A stretch of DNA of 64,000 nt from Lachnospiraceae bacterium (lineage in GTDB: Bacteria > Bacillota > Clostridia > Lachnospirales > Lachnospiraceae): positions 672 to 64,671 of the forward strand of contig JBJEML010000039.1 in assembly GCA_051879675.1 (NCBI GenBank), written 5' to 3'. Below the pieces are notes generated by a model. It worked only from the letters and a program-made list of their open reading frames with translations. It was not told the origin of the DNA and ran no database searches. Made by a program: the position numbers and the translations under genes. Below, piece by piece: positions 18,699 through 27,223 of the stretch. The first letter of the stretch is position 1. The number at the start of each line of letters is the position of its first letter.

Positions 18699-19506
18699 AA
18701 TGCATGTAGAGCCGACGCGGATCAGTGATTCCCATACATCCAAGGGCAACCAGCTCAAATGGGAACAGGACGGCTACTGGTACAAGGCAGATGCATTCGG
18801 CTATGAGAGTCTGGCAGAGGTTGTCTGTTCGAATATACTTGTGCACAGCAATCTGCCCCGACCGGTATTCTATGAGCCGGTGTCGATCATCTATCATGGA
18901 AAATGTTACCGAGGCTGCCGGAGTAAAAATTTTAAGATTGAAGATGAAATCCTGATCCCCATTGAGCGCCTGTGCCGTCAGTATACAGGTATGGGACTTG
19001 CAAAGACGCTTGCACGTTTTACAGATGTCCGGGAGCGGATTTCTTATACGGTTGATCTGATCACGAATATTACCGGGCTTACGGATTTTGATCGGTATCT
19101 GACGCAGATGCTGGAACTGGATGCATTTTTTTTAAACGAGGATCGCCATACAAACAATATCGCGGTACTCTACAATGAGCGGACAAAAGAGTACCGCCTA
19201 TGTCCTTTTTTTGACATGGGACTTGCGCTGCTTGCGTATACAACACAGGATTATCCGCTGGGTGCTGATGTGGAAACATGTTTGACGAAAGTGCAGGCAA
19301 AGCCGTTTAGCTGTGATTTTGATGAACAGCTTGATGCGGCGAATGTGCTTTACGGATGTTTTCTCAAATTTGCCTGCAGTGCAGAGCAGATGTGCACGGA
19401 ACTGAAACGTGTCGTGAGTGAGGGAAATTACACCTTGGAGGAGTGCAGACGGGTGGAGCAGGTGTTGCACAACCAGGCGCGGAAATATGCGTATCTGATG
19501 CCATAG
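18685..19506 (+). CDS. HipA/HipT/CtkA-like Ser/Thr kinase, putative toxin
   Basis: Gly-rich loop TSKGNQLK, ATP Lys (WYKAD), helix-C Glu (ESLAEV), catalytic loop NEDRHTNN and Mg-binding PFFDMG; overlaps the upstream gene by 14 bp. Confidence 0.85.
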   Translation: MREIEMHVEPTRISDSHTSKGNQLKWEQDGYWYKADAFGYESLAEVVCSNILVHSNLPRPVFYEPVSIIYHGKCYRGCRSKNFKIEDEILIPIERLCRQYTGMGLAKTLARFTDVRERISYTVDLITNITGLTDFDRYLTQMLELDAFFLNEDRHTNNIAVLYNERTKEYRLCPFFDMGLALLAYTTQDYPLGADVETCLTKVQAKPFSCDFDEQLDAANVLYGCFLKFACSAEQMCTELKRVVSEGNYTLEECRRVEQVLHNQARKYAYLMP

Positions 19507-19659
19507 TTTTTGGTATTGCATGAAAGGCGTTAAGCTACTATAATACTGTATAAAACGAGGCGAAAATTTGTCACTGCAAAGTGATACCGCAAAGACTTCG
19601 CGGTATCTGTATGCAAGACACTTTCAGTTAAATCTACACATAAGAATGTTAGGGAAGTG

Positions 19660-21696
19660 ATGTATGAAATGAATGGGAAGATAAGCTTGTTGCTGGAAAA
19701 AATATATGACCACCTGTCTGCTGTTTATATGCTTGATCTGAAGGAAAAGCGGTATGAGATGATCAGGCAGGATGACTTTATGAGCAGGATTTTGGGTGGG
19801 CAGGGAGAATTGAAAGATGCGTATGCCAGGCTGTTTCTGGCAATTCGCGAGGGTGAACGGGTTTCAAACGCTTACGCAGCCTTTCATGATCAGTCCATTT
19901 TCGATAAGGAGAATCATGCGGGAAATATACGGCTGATCAATGCAGATGAAGAACAAAACTATGATTACCGAATCCTGAAGCTTGACGATGAGACAGCTGT
20001 GATCATATTTATCCACTGTGATGAAGGATACGAACGTGACCGGATGGAAAAACTCAAAATGGACACGATTCAGGAGAATTATCTGTTTTCCATGGTCGGT
20101 GATCTGAAAAACGATACACTGCGCAATTCTGTAACGACAGAGCTGAGTGTGGACAGGCAGGATTATCTGGAACTGAAATATTCTGACTGGCGTTACATGA
20201 TCTCCAACATGTTTTTACCGGCTGACAAAGTGACATTTTTACAGATTTCAGATCCGAAATATGTGATGGAGAAGCTGGAAAAGCAAAAATCCTTCCGGTT
20301 TGAAGTACAGATGCAGAACATGCAGGGACAGTATATCTGGGTGCGCCTGATGTTCCGTCGCATGCATGGATTTTCAAAGGAAAACCCGGTATTTATCTAC
20401 ACGGTACAGGACATCGATGAAGAGATGAAACGTCTTCTGCAGCAGGAAAACATTATTGCGGCTGTGGAGGAGCAGAATCAGAAACTGTCGGATATCAACA
20501 AGGCGAAAAGTGTATTCATTTCGAATATGTCGCATGAGATCCGCACACCCATCAACGCGGTGCTCGGCATGGATGAGATGATACTTCGGGAGACGACGGA
20601 TGAGAAGATCCGTGAGTATGCGTATGATATCAAAAATGCTGGAAAAATGCTGCTGAGCATCATCAACGATATTCTGGACTTTTCAAAGATCGAGGCGGGA
20701 AAAATGGAGATCCTTCCTGATGATTTCCGCTTGGGTTATATGCTCGATGATATCAATCGTCTGATCGACATCAAGGCAAAGGCAAAGGATCTGGATTTTA
20801 TTCTTGATATCTCACCGGAGCTGCCGAGTGTGGTGTATGGTGATGAGCTTCGCATCAAGCAGGTGATCATCAATATCCTTACCAATGCTGTGAAATATAC
20901 GCCGAAGGGGAGTGTTACATTTTCTGTTGGCGGCGATTATTCTTCGGAGCAGACAATGGATCTGCAGGTGACTGTAAGAGATACCGGTATCGGAATGAAG
21001 CAGGAGGAGATGGGAGACCTCTTTTCCGATTTCCGGCGTCTGGATGAAAGGCACAACCGAAATATAGAAGGCACCGGTCTCGGTATGAACATTGTGGTGC
21101 GTCTTCTGGAGCAGATGGGTTCAAAACTGAAGGTTGAGAGCGTGTATGGTGAGGGCTCGGTATTTTCCTTTGCACTGACACTGCCGGTCGTGGATACCGC
21201 TCCGGTCGGAGACATCACTGTATTGCATGAACAGCGGATGAAGGAAGAACTTTCAGCTAGAAAGCGTTTTGCAGAGGGTGCAAGGATTCTGGCGGTGGAT
21301 GATAATCAGGTCAACCTTGCTGTATTAGTAGGCTGGTTAAAGGACTTTAAAGTGGATGTTGACTGTGCGCGCAGCGGGAAACGGGCACTAAAGATGCTTG
21401 GAGCAAAGCACTACGATCTGGTTCTTCTGGATCATCTGATGCCGGAGATGGACGGGATAGAGACGCTGGGTTATATTCGCGATCTGGGCGGTAGCTATGC
21501 AACGCTGCCGGTAATTGCCCTGACTGCAAATGTTTCCGGTGACTCGCGCCGCCGTTATATGCAGGCGGGCTTTTCGGATTTTTTGGAAAAACCGATCGTT
21601 CTCTCTGAGCTGGAACGCGTGTTGCAGACATATCTGCCACAGGATGACCGTGCGCAGACGGGTGCTCCTGTAACCGGAAAAAATAAAGAGGAGTAA
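19660..21696 (+). CDS. Cytoplasmic hybrid sensor histidine kinase/response regulator
   Basis: No obvious TM segment; PAS-like N-terminus (YIWVRL); MSHEIRTPINAVLGM; NILTNAVKYT; GTGLG; C-terminal REC (AVDD, LDHLMP, EKP). Confidence 0.92.
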   Translation: MYEMNGKISLLLEKIYDHLSAVYMLDLKEKRYEMIRQDDFMSRILGGQGELKDAYARLFLAIREGERVSNAYAAFHDQSIFDKENHAGNIRLINADEEQNYDYRILKLDDETAVIIFIHCDEGYERDRMEKLKMDTIQENYLFSMVGDLKNDTLRNSVTTELSVDRQDYLELKYSDWRYMISNMFLPADKVTFLQISDPKYVMEKLEKQKSFRFEVQMQNMQGQYIWVRLMFRRMHGFSKENPVFIYTVQDIDEEMKRLLQQENIIAAVEEQNQKLSDINKAKSVFISNMSHEIRTPINAVLGMDEMILRETTDEKIREYAYDIKNAGKMLLSIINDILDFSKIEAGKMEILPDDFRLGYMLDDINRLIDIKAKAKDLDFILDISPELPSVVYGDELRIKQVIINILTNAVKYTPKGSVTFSVGGDYSSEQTMDLQVTVRDTGIGMKQEEMGDLFSDFRRLDERHNRNIEGTGLGMNIVVRLLEQMGSKLKVESVYGEGSVFSFALTLPVVDTAPVGDITVLHEQRMKEELSARKRFAEGARILAVDDNQVNLAVLVGWLKDFKVDVDCARSGKRALKMLGAKHYDLVLLDHLMPEMDGIETLGYIRDLGGSYATLPVIALTANVSGDSRRRYMQAGFSDFLEKPIVLSELERVLQTYLPQDDRAQTGAPVTGKNKEE

Positions 21697-21700
21697 GCAC

Positions 21701-22339
21701 ATGAAAAATATTACGAAAAGAAAACTGGCTGCCGTCATTCTGGGAAATCTGATCCTTGGCATCGGTGTTGCGATCCTTCGCTTTTCGCAGATGGGAAACG
21801 ATCCGTTCTGTGCTTCCACAATGGCGATCAGCGGCGGCCTGGGCATGGGACTCGGCACGTACCAGTTGGTCCTGAACGTGGTGTTGTTTGTTTTTCAACT
21901 GTTGTGGGGAAGATCATACATAGGGCTTGGCACGATCATCAATCTCTTTTTACTCGGATATATCGTACAGTTTGTTACATGGGTACTGGATTCCGTTTTC
22001 GGTGCGACGCTCGTGTTGACGCTTCCACAGCAGCTTGTGATCATGGTCGTTGCACTTGTCATCCTGACCTTCGGGCTGGCAATGTATCAGGTCGCAGAAC
22101 TCGGCGTGGCACCCTATGATTTTGTCGCGCTTGGTCTGGCAGAACGGCTTCCCATTCCTTATTTTGCCCTGCGTGTCGGGACGGATGCGATCTGTGTGCT
22201 GGTGATTCTCATTGCGGTAGGCACCGGTTTTATCGGTTGGGAGAATTCCCATCTTGGTATCGGAACTGTGATCACTGCATTTTTTTTGGGTCCGCTGGTA
22301 GCTTATTTTTCAAAGCTACATAAAAAGTGGGTAAACTAG
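21701..22339 (+). CDS. YczE/YyaS/YitT-family membrane protein
   Basis: Motifs MGNDP, IGLGT, LGVAPYD and LGIGTVI; about 5-6 TM helices. Confidence 0.85.
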   Translation: MKNITKRKLAAVILGNLILGIGVAILRFSQMGNDPFCASTMAISGGLGMGLGTYQLVLNVVLFVFQLLWGRSYIGLGTIINLFLLGYIVQFVTWVLDSVFGATLVLTLPQQLVIMVVALVILTFGLAMYQVAELGVAPYDFVALGLAERLPIPYFALRVGTDAICVLVILIAVGTGFIGWENSHLGIGTVITAFFLGPLVAYFSKLHKKWVN

Positions 22340-22508
22340 AGTTTGCCACAGTACGGAATCCTTTTGCAAAAACGCTGCAAAGAAGTGAATATCGTCATAT
22401 TTTTTTTCATAAATCCACAAGAAAAGGCAAAACAAAACGATTACAATGTAAATATCAGGACGCGAAACGGTTCGCGCATGACAGCACATATAAGGAGGAT
22501 ATGAAGAA

Positions 22509-24317
22509 ATGGCAAAGAACAGATACATCGGAGATTATCCGGTAATTGGAATCAGACCTTGTATTGACGGCAGAAGAGGACCTTTAAAGGTACGTGAGTC
22601 ACTGGAAGACCAGACCATGGGTATGGCAAAGGCAGTGAAAAAATTATATGAGGAGAACTTACGTTACTCCAACGGTGAGCCTGTAAAGGTCATCATTGCA
22701 GATACAACCATCGGACGTGTTGCTGAGGCAGCAGCCTGCGAGGCAAAATTCCGTAAGGAGGGCGTAGCGATCACTTTATCCGTAACTCCCTGCTGGTGCT
22801 ACGGATCAGAGACCATGGATATGAACCCGCTGACCATCAAGGGTGTGTGGGGATTAAATGCAACCGAGAGACCCGGAGCAGTTTACCTTGCATCCGTACT
22901 TGCAACTTATGCACAGAAGGGACTCCCTGCATTCGGTATCTACGGAAGAGACGTTCAGGATGCAGATGACACAAACATTCCCGACGATGTATTAGAGAAA
23001 TTATTAAGATTCGGCCGCGCAGCAGTTGCAGCAGCTACTATGAGAGATAAGTCTTACTTACAGATCGGTTCCCAGTGTATGGGTATCGGTGGCTCGATCA
23101 TCAACCAGGAGTTCTTCGAGGAGTATCTCGGAATGCGTGTAGAGTCCGTTGACGAGGTAGAGATCCTTCGCCGTATGGAAGAGCACATCTACAATGAGGA
23201 TGAGTACCAGAAGGCTCTTGCATGGATCAAGAAATATGCAAAGCAGGGCTTCGATAAGAACCCGGATTTCGTTAAGAAGTCTGATGAGCAGAAGGAAAAA
23301 GACTGGGAGTTCACCGCAAAGATGGCAGTCATCATCGAGGATCTGTATCAGGGCAACCCGAATCTGCCCGAGGGATGTGGTGAGGAAGCTGTCGGACACA
23401 ATGCGATCTGCGGCGGTTTCCAGGGCCAGAGACAGTGGACCGATCATTGGCCGAATTGTGATTTCCCTGAGGCAATCTTAAATACTTCTTTCGACTGGAA
23501 CGGAGCAAGAGAGCCTTTCACACTGGCTACAGAGAATGATACCTTAAACGGCGTTGGCATGATGTTCATGAACCTGCTGACCAACCGTGCACAGATGTTT
23601 GCAGACGTTCGTACCTACTGGTCAGGTGACGCGGTGAAGCGTGTGACCGGCTATGAAATCGAGGGACACGCAAAGGATGCAGACGGATTTATCCATTTGA
23701 TCAACTCCGGTTCCTGTTGTCTGGACGCTTCCGGCGTTTGTACCGATGAGAACGGCGCACCTGTTATGAAGAAGTGGTTCGATGTAACCGATGCTGATAT
23801 CGAGAAGATGATGGATGCCTGCGAGTGGTGCCCTGCTGATAACGGATACTTCCGCGGTGCCGGATACTCTGCTCGTTTCGAGACGAAGACAGAGATGCCT
23901 GCTACCATGATCCGTCTGAACATTGTTAAGAATCTCGGACCGGTTCTTCAGATCGTAGAAGGATGGACCGTAGATCTTCCGGAAGAGGTTTCTGATGCAT
24001 TATGGAAGAGAACAGACTATACATGGCCTTGTACATGGTTCGCTCCCCGTACCGATGGTATCGACGGATCTCCGTTCAAGACCGCTTATGATGTAATGAA
24101 CAACTGGGGTGCTAATCACGGCGCGATCAGCTACGGACATATCGGCGCTGACCTGATCACCATGGCATCTATGCTGCGTATCCCTGTATGTCTGCACAAT
24201 GTTCCTGATGCTGATGTATATCGTCCGGCTGCATGGAACGCATTCGGCGCAGACAAAGAAGGCCAGGATTTCCGTGCATGTGCAGCATACGGACCGTTAT
24301 ATAAGACGATTCGATAA
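22509..24317 (+). CDS. fucI: L-fucose isomerase
   Basis: [51 protein letters not shown] and NWGANHG motifs. Confidence 0.97.
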   Translation: MAKNRYIGDYPVIGIRPCIDGRRGPLKVRESLEDQTMGMAKAVKKLYEENLRYSNGEPVKVIIADTTIGRVAEAAACEAKFRKEGVAITLSVTPCWCYGSETMDMNPLTIKGVWGLNATERPGAVYLASVLATYAQKGLPAFGIYGRDVQDADDTNIPDDVLEKLLRFGRAAVAAATMRDKSYLQIGSQCMGIGGSIINQEFFEEYLGMRVESVDEVEILRRMEEHIYNEDEYQKALAWIKKYAKQGFDKNPDFVKKSDEQKEKDWEFTAKMAVIIEDLYQGNPNLPEGCGEEAVGHNAICGGFQGQRQWTDHWPNCDFPEAILNTSFDWNGAREPFTLATENDTLNGVGMMFMNLLTNRAQMFADVRTYWSGDAVKRVTGYEIEGHAKDADGFIHLINSGSCCLDASGVCTDENGAPVMKKWFDVTDADIEKMMDACEWCPADNGYFRGAGYSARFETKTEMPATMIRLNIVKNLGPVLQIVEGWTVDLPEEVSDALWKRTDYTWPCTWFAPRTDGIDGSPFKTAYDVMNNWGANHGAISYGHIGADLITMASMLRIPVCLHNVPDADVYRPAAWNAFGADKEGQDFRACAAYGPLYKTIR

Positions 24318-24333
24318 TAAGGAGGACATAAAA

Positions 24334-24789
24334 ATGTTAAAAGGAATTCCTTCCATTTTATCACCGGAACTTTTAAAAGTGCTGTGTGAAATGGGACATA
24401 CTGATGAACTGACTATCGGAGATGGCAACTTCCCCGGACATTCATTTGATACACAGGTGATCCGTATGGACGGACATGGTGTACCGGAGATTTTGGATGC
24501 GATCTTACAGGTATTTCCGTTGGATACCTATCCGGATGCAAACGGTGTGATGGTTCCGCCCTGTACACTGATGGCAGTGGAGCCGGGCGATGATGCAAAG
24601 ACACCGATCTGGGATACCTACAAGGACATCGTTGCAAAGCATGATGAGCGTGGTGCTGATTGCTTTGAAGAGATCAACAAGTGGAAATTCTATGATAAGA
24701 CCAGAGCAAAATCAAAGGTCGTTATCATGACCGGAGAGACTGCGATCTATGCGAATATCATTCTCCGCAAGGGTGTAGTGATCAACTAA
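24334..24789 (+). CDS. fucU: L-fucose mutarotase (RbsD/FucU family)
   Basis: MLKGIPSILSPELLKVLCEMGHTDE...DGNFP...TGETAIYANIIL; start ATG 24334 after ggagg. Confidence 0.92.
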   Translation: MLKGIPSILSPELLKVLCEMGHTDELTIGDGNFPGHSFDTQVIRMDGHGVPEILDAILQVFPLDTYPDANGVMVPPCTLMAVEPGDDAKTPIWDTYKDIVAKHDERGADCFEEINKWKFYDKTRAKSKVVIMTGETAIYANIILRKGVVIN

Positions 24790-24811
24790 TAATTTCTTTT
24801 ATAAATTATTT

Positions 24812-24848
24812 AAAAAGGACGGTGATGCATTGTCACCGTCCTCTTTTT
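24812..24848 (+). terminator. Rho-independent terminator
   Basis: Hairpin aaaaaggacggtga-tgcattg-tcaccgtcctcttttt. Confidence 0.85.
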
Positions 24849-24972
24849 ATGTTACACTACTTTCGATGGTCTGTGAAAAGCAGATGCGTCTGTATTTTAC
24901 AATAAGAAAAGCCAGTACCTTGCTGCATCCGAACTGCGAAGGTACTGAGCAGTTAGGAGGCGGATAGTTAAA

Positions 24973-26412
24973 TTGAAAAAAACATCAGAAAACATCTTAG
25001 AGTTCAAACATCTGTCGCGTACGTTTGAGGATGGCTTTACGGCGGTGGATGATTTCAACCTGAGCATCAAACGAGGAGAGTTTGTCACTTTTTTAGGACC
25101 CTCAGGCTGTGGCAAGACGACCACACTGCGCATGCTGGCGGGCTTCGATGCACCGACCGGCGGCGAGATTCTATTAAATGGTGAGGATATCACCAGACTT
25201 CCGGCGAACGAGCGACCGATCAACACGGTCTTTCAGCGTTACGCCCTATTTCCCCATTTGAATATTTTTGACAATGTTGCTTTCGGATTAAAACTGAAGA
25301 AGCTGCCGAAGGCTGAAATTATAAAAAAGGTCAAGCGCGCACTGGAAATGGTAGACCTGGAAGGCTTTGAGACGAGAAGCGTCCAGACCTTGTCCGGTGG
25401 ACAGCAGCAGCGAATTGCGATTGCCCGTGCAATCGTAAACGAGCCTCAGATTCTGCTTTTAGATGAGCCGCTGGGAGCTTTGGACCTGAAAATGCGTAAG
25501 GAGATGCAGCTGGAGCTGAAGGATATGCATGAAAAGCTCGGCATCACCTTTATTTATGTTACCCATGATCAGGAGGAGGCGCTCACCATGTCTGACAAGA
25601 TTGTCGTCATGTCGGAGGGCAGAATCCAGCATGTAGGAACACCGGAAGATATTTATAATGAGCCGAATAATGCCTTTGTTGCTGACTTTATCGGCGAGAG
25701 TAATATCTTCAACGGTATCATGACAGGACCCTTAAAGGTCCGTTTCTGCGGGGCAGAGTTTACCTGTGTGGATGATGTGCCGCACGGTACGATGGTGGAT
25801 GTTGTTGTGCGTCCGGAGGATGTTCTGATCACGGAGCCGGAAAAGGGCATGATCACCGGAGAAGTGATCAGTGTGATCTTCAAGGGCGTGCATTATGAGA
25901 TCACGGTTCTGTGCGGAAAGAATGAGATCGTGATCCAGACGACAAAAAAAGCACAGGTCGGCGCGCGCGTCGGATTGTGTGTGGAGCCCGAAGGTATTCA
26001 TCTGATGCAGGCGGAACACTCCTTAAATAAGCTGGAATCCGGCGTGGATGAGCACTATCAGCTCACCATTTTGGACGGTGTACTGCAGTGTGATGTCAAG
26101 TCCCTGATCCCGGGAGCAAAGGAAGTGGGCGATGTACTCTGTGATGCACACGGAAATGAGATCGATCACCGCAAGCTGAAGGTGATCGCTACGATCAAAC
26201 CGCGTGATATCAAGATGAGCGATGATGAAAATGAAGGTATTGTGTGCGGACATATCATTAACCTGATCTATATCGGTGATCATTATCGGTATGTGGTGCG
26301 TACGAATGAGGAGATCGATTTTATTGTCAGTGATGAGGATTTGTGGAACATGGGCGATTATGTCAGTCTGATCATTCCGCAGGAAAAGCTGACATTTACA
26401 TTGAAAAAATAG
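24973..26412 (+). CDS. potA: Spermidine/putrescine ABC transporter ATP-binding protein with extra C-terminal TOBE-like region
   Basis: GPSGCGKT, NTVFQRYALFPH, LSGGQQQR, LLLDEP, VTHDQEEAL and FVADFIG; TTG start. Confidence 0.92.
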   Translation: MKKTSENILEFKHLSRTFEDGFTAVDDFNLSIKRGEFVTFLGPSGCGKTTTLRMLAGFDAPTGGEILLNGEDITRLPANERPINTVFQRYALFPHLNIFDNVAFGLKLKKLPKAEIIKKVKRALEMVDLEGFETRSVQTLSGGQQQRIAIARAIVNEPQILLLDEPLGALDLKMRKEMQLELKDMHEKLGITFIYVTHDQEEALTMSDKIVVMSEGRIQHVGTPEDIYNEPNNAFVADFIGESNIFNGIMTGPLKVRFCGAEFTCVDDVPHGTMVDVVVRPEDVLITEPEKGMITGEVISVIFKGVHYEITVLCGKNEIVIQTTKKAQVGARVGLCVEPEGIHLMQAEHSLNKLESGVDEHYQLTILDGVLQCDVKSLIPGAKEVGDVLCDAHGNEIDHRKLKVIATIKPRDIKMSDDENEGIVCGHIINLIYIGDHYRYVVRTNEEIDFIVSDEDLWNMGDYVSLIIPQEKLTFTLKK

Positions 26413-26425
26413 CAGGAGAAAAACG

Positions 26426-27223
26426 ATGAGAGGATTACATTTTTCCAGAAAGCAGCTGGCGATCCCTTATGGTCTTTTCCTGACCTGCTTTGTAGCATTG
26501 CCGCTGTTGGTGATTATTTATTATGCATTTACAAATGGAGAGGGTCATTTCTCCATGTGCAATCTGGTCGGATTTTTTACGAGTCCGAACACGATCGGAA
26601 CGCTTGCCTATAGCTTTGCGATTGCGATTGTGACGACCTGTGTGTGCCTGTTGCTGGCGTATCCGGTTGCGTACATTCTGGCGCAGAGTGAGTGGAAGCA
26701 GAAGAACGTGATCGTTGTCATGTTTGTACTGCCGATGTGGATCAATTTTACATTGCGCATCACGGCACTGAAGGAAATATTGACTTTGCTGGAGGGGAAT
26801 CTGGCATATTATCCCTTCCTAAATTCCGTGATCGGTATGACCTATGACTTTTTGCCGTTTATGATCCTGCCCATGTACACGACACTTTGCAAGCTGGATC
26901 ACAGTCTCATGGAGGCGGCTGCAGATCTCGGGGCAGGCCCGGTGCAGGTTTTTTTCAAGGTGACGTTGCCACTTTCCGTTCCCGGCATTATCAGCGGTGT
27001 GGTCATGGTATTTTTGCCGTCCATGACAAACTATGTTGTGCTGGATATGCTCTACAACAGCACCTATATCATGGGAAGCCTGATCGGAAGCTACTTCAGT
27101 GCTTATGATTGGCATAACGGTTCCATGATCGCGCTGATCCTGTTGCTTATTATCCTGGTATTCACGCTGGTGACAGATCGTTACACGGATGAGGGAACGA
27201 GCAGAGGAGGTGCACTGTTATGA
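26426..27223 (+). CDS. potB: Spermidine/putrescine ABC permease
   Basis: LPMWINF, LPFMILP and EAA loop MEAAADLGA; position in the pot operon. Confidence 0.9.
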   Translation: MRGLHFSRKQLAIPYGLFLTCFVALPLLVIIYYAFTNGEGHFSMCNLVGFFTSPNTIGTLAYSFAIAIVTTCVCLLLAYPVAYILAQSEWKQKNVIVVMFVLPMWINFTLRITALKEILTLLEGNLAYYPFLNSVIGMTYDFLPFMILPMYTTLCKLDHSLMEAAADLGAGPVQVFFKVTLPLSVPGIISGVVMVFLPSMTNYVVLDMLYNSTYIMGSLIGSYFSAYDWHNGSMIALILLLIILVFTLVTDRYTDEGTSRGGALL

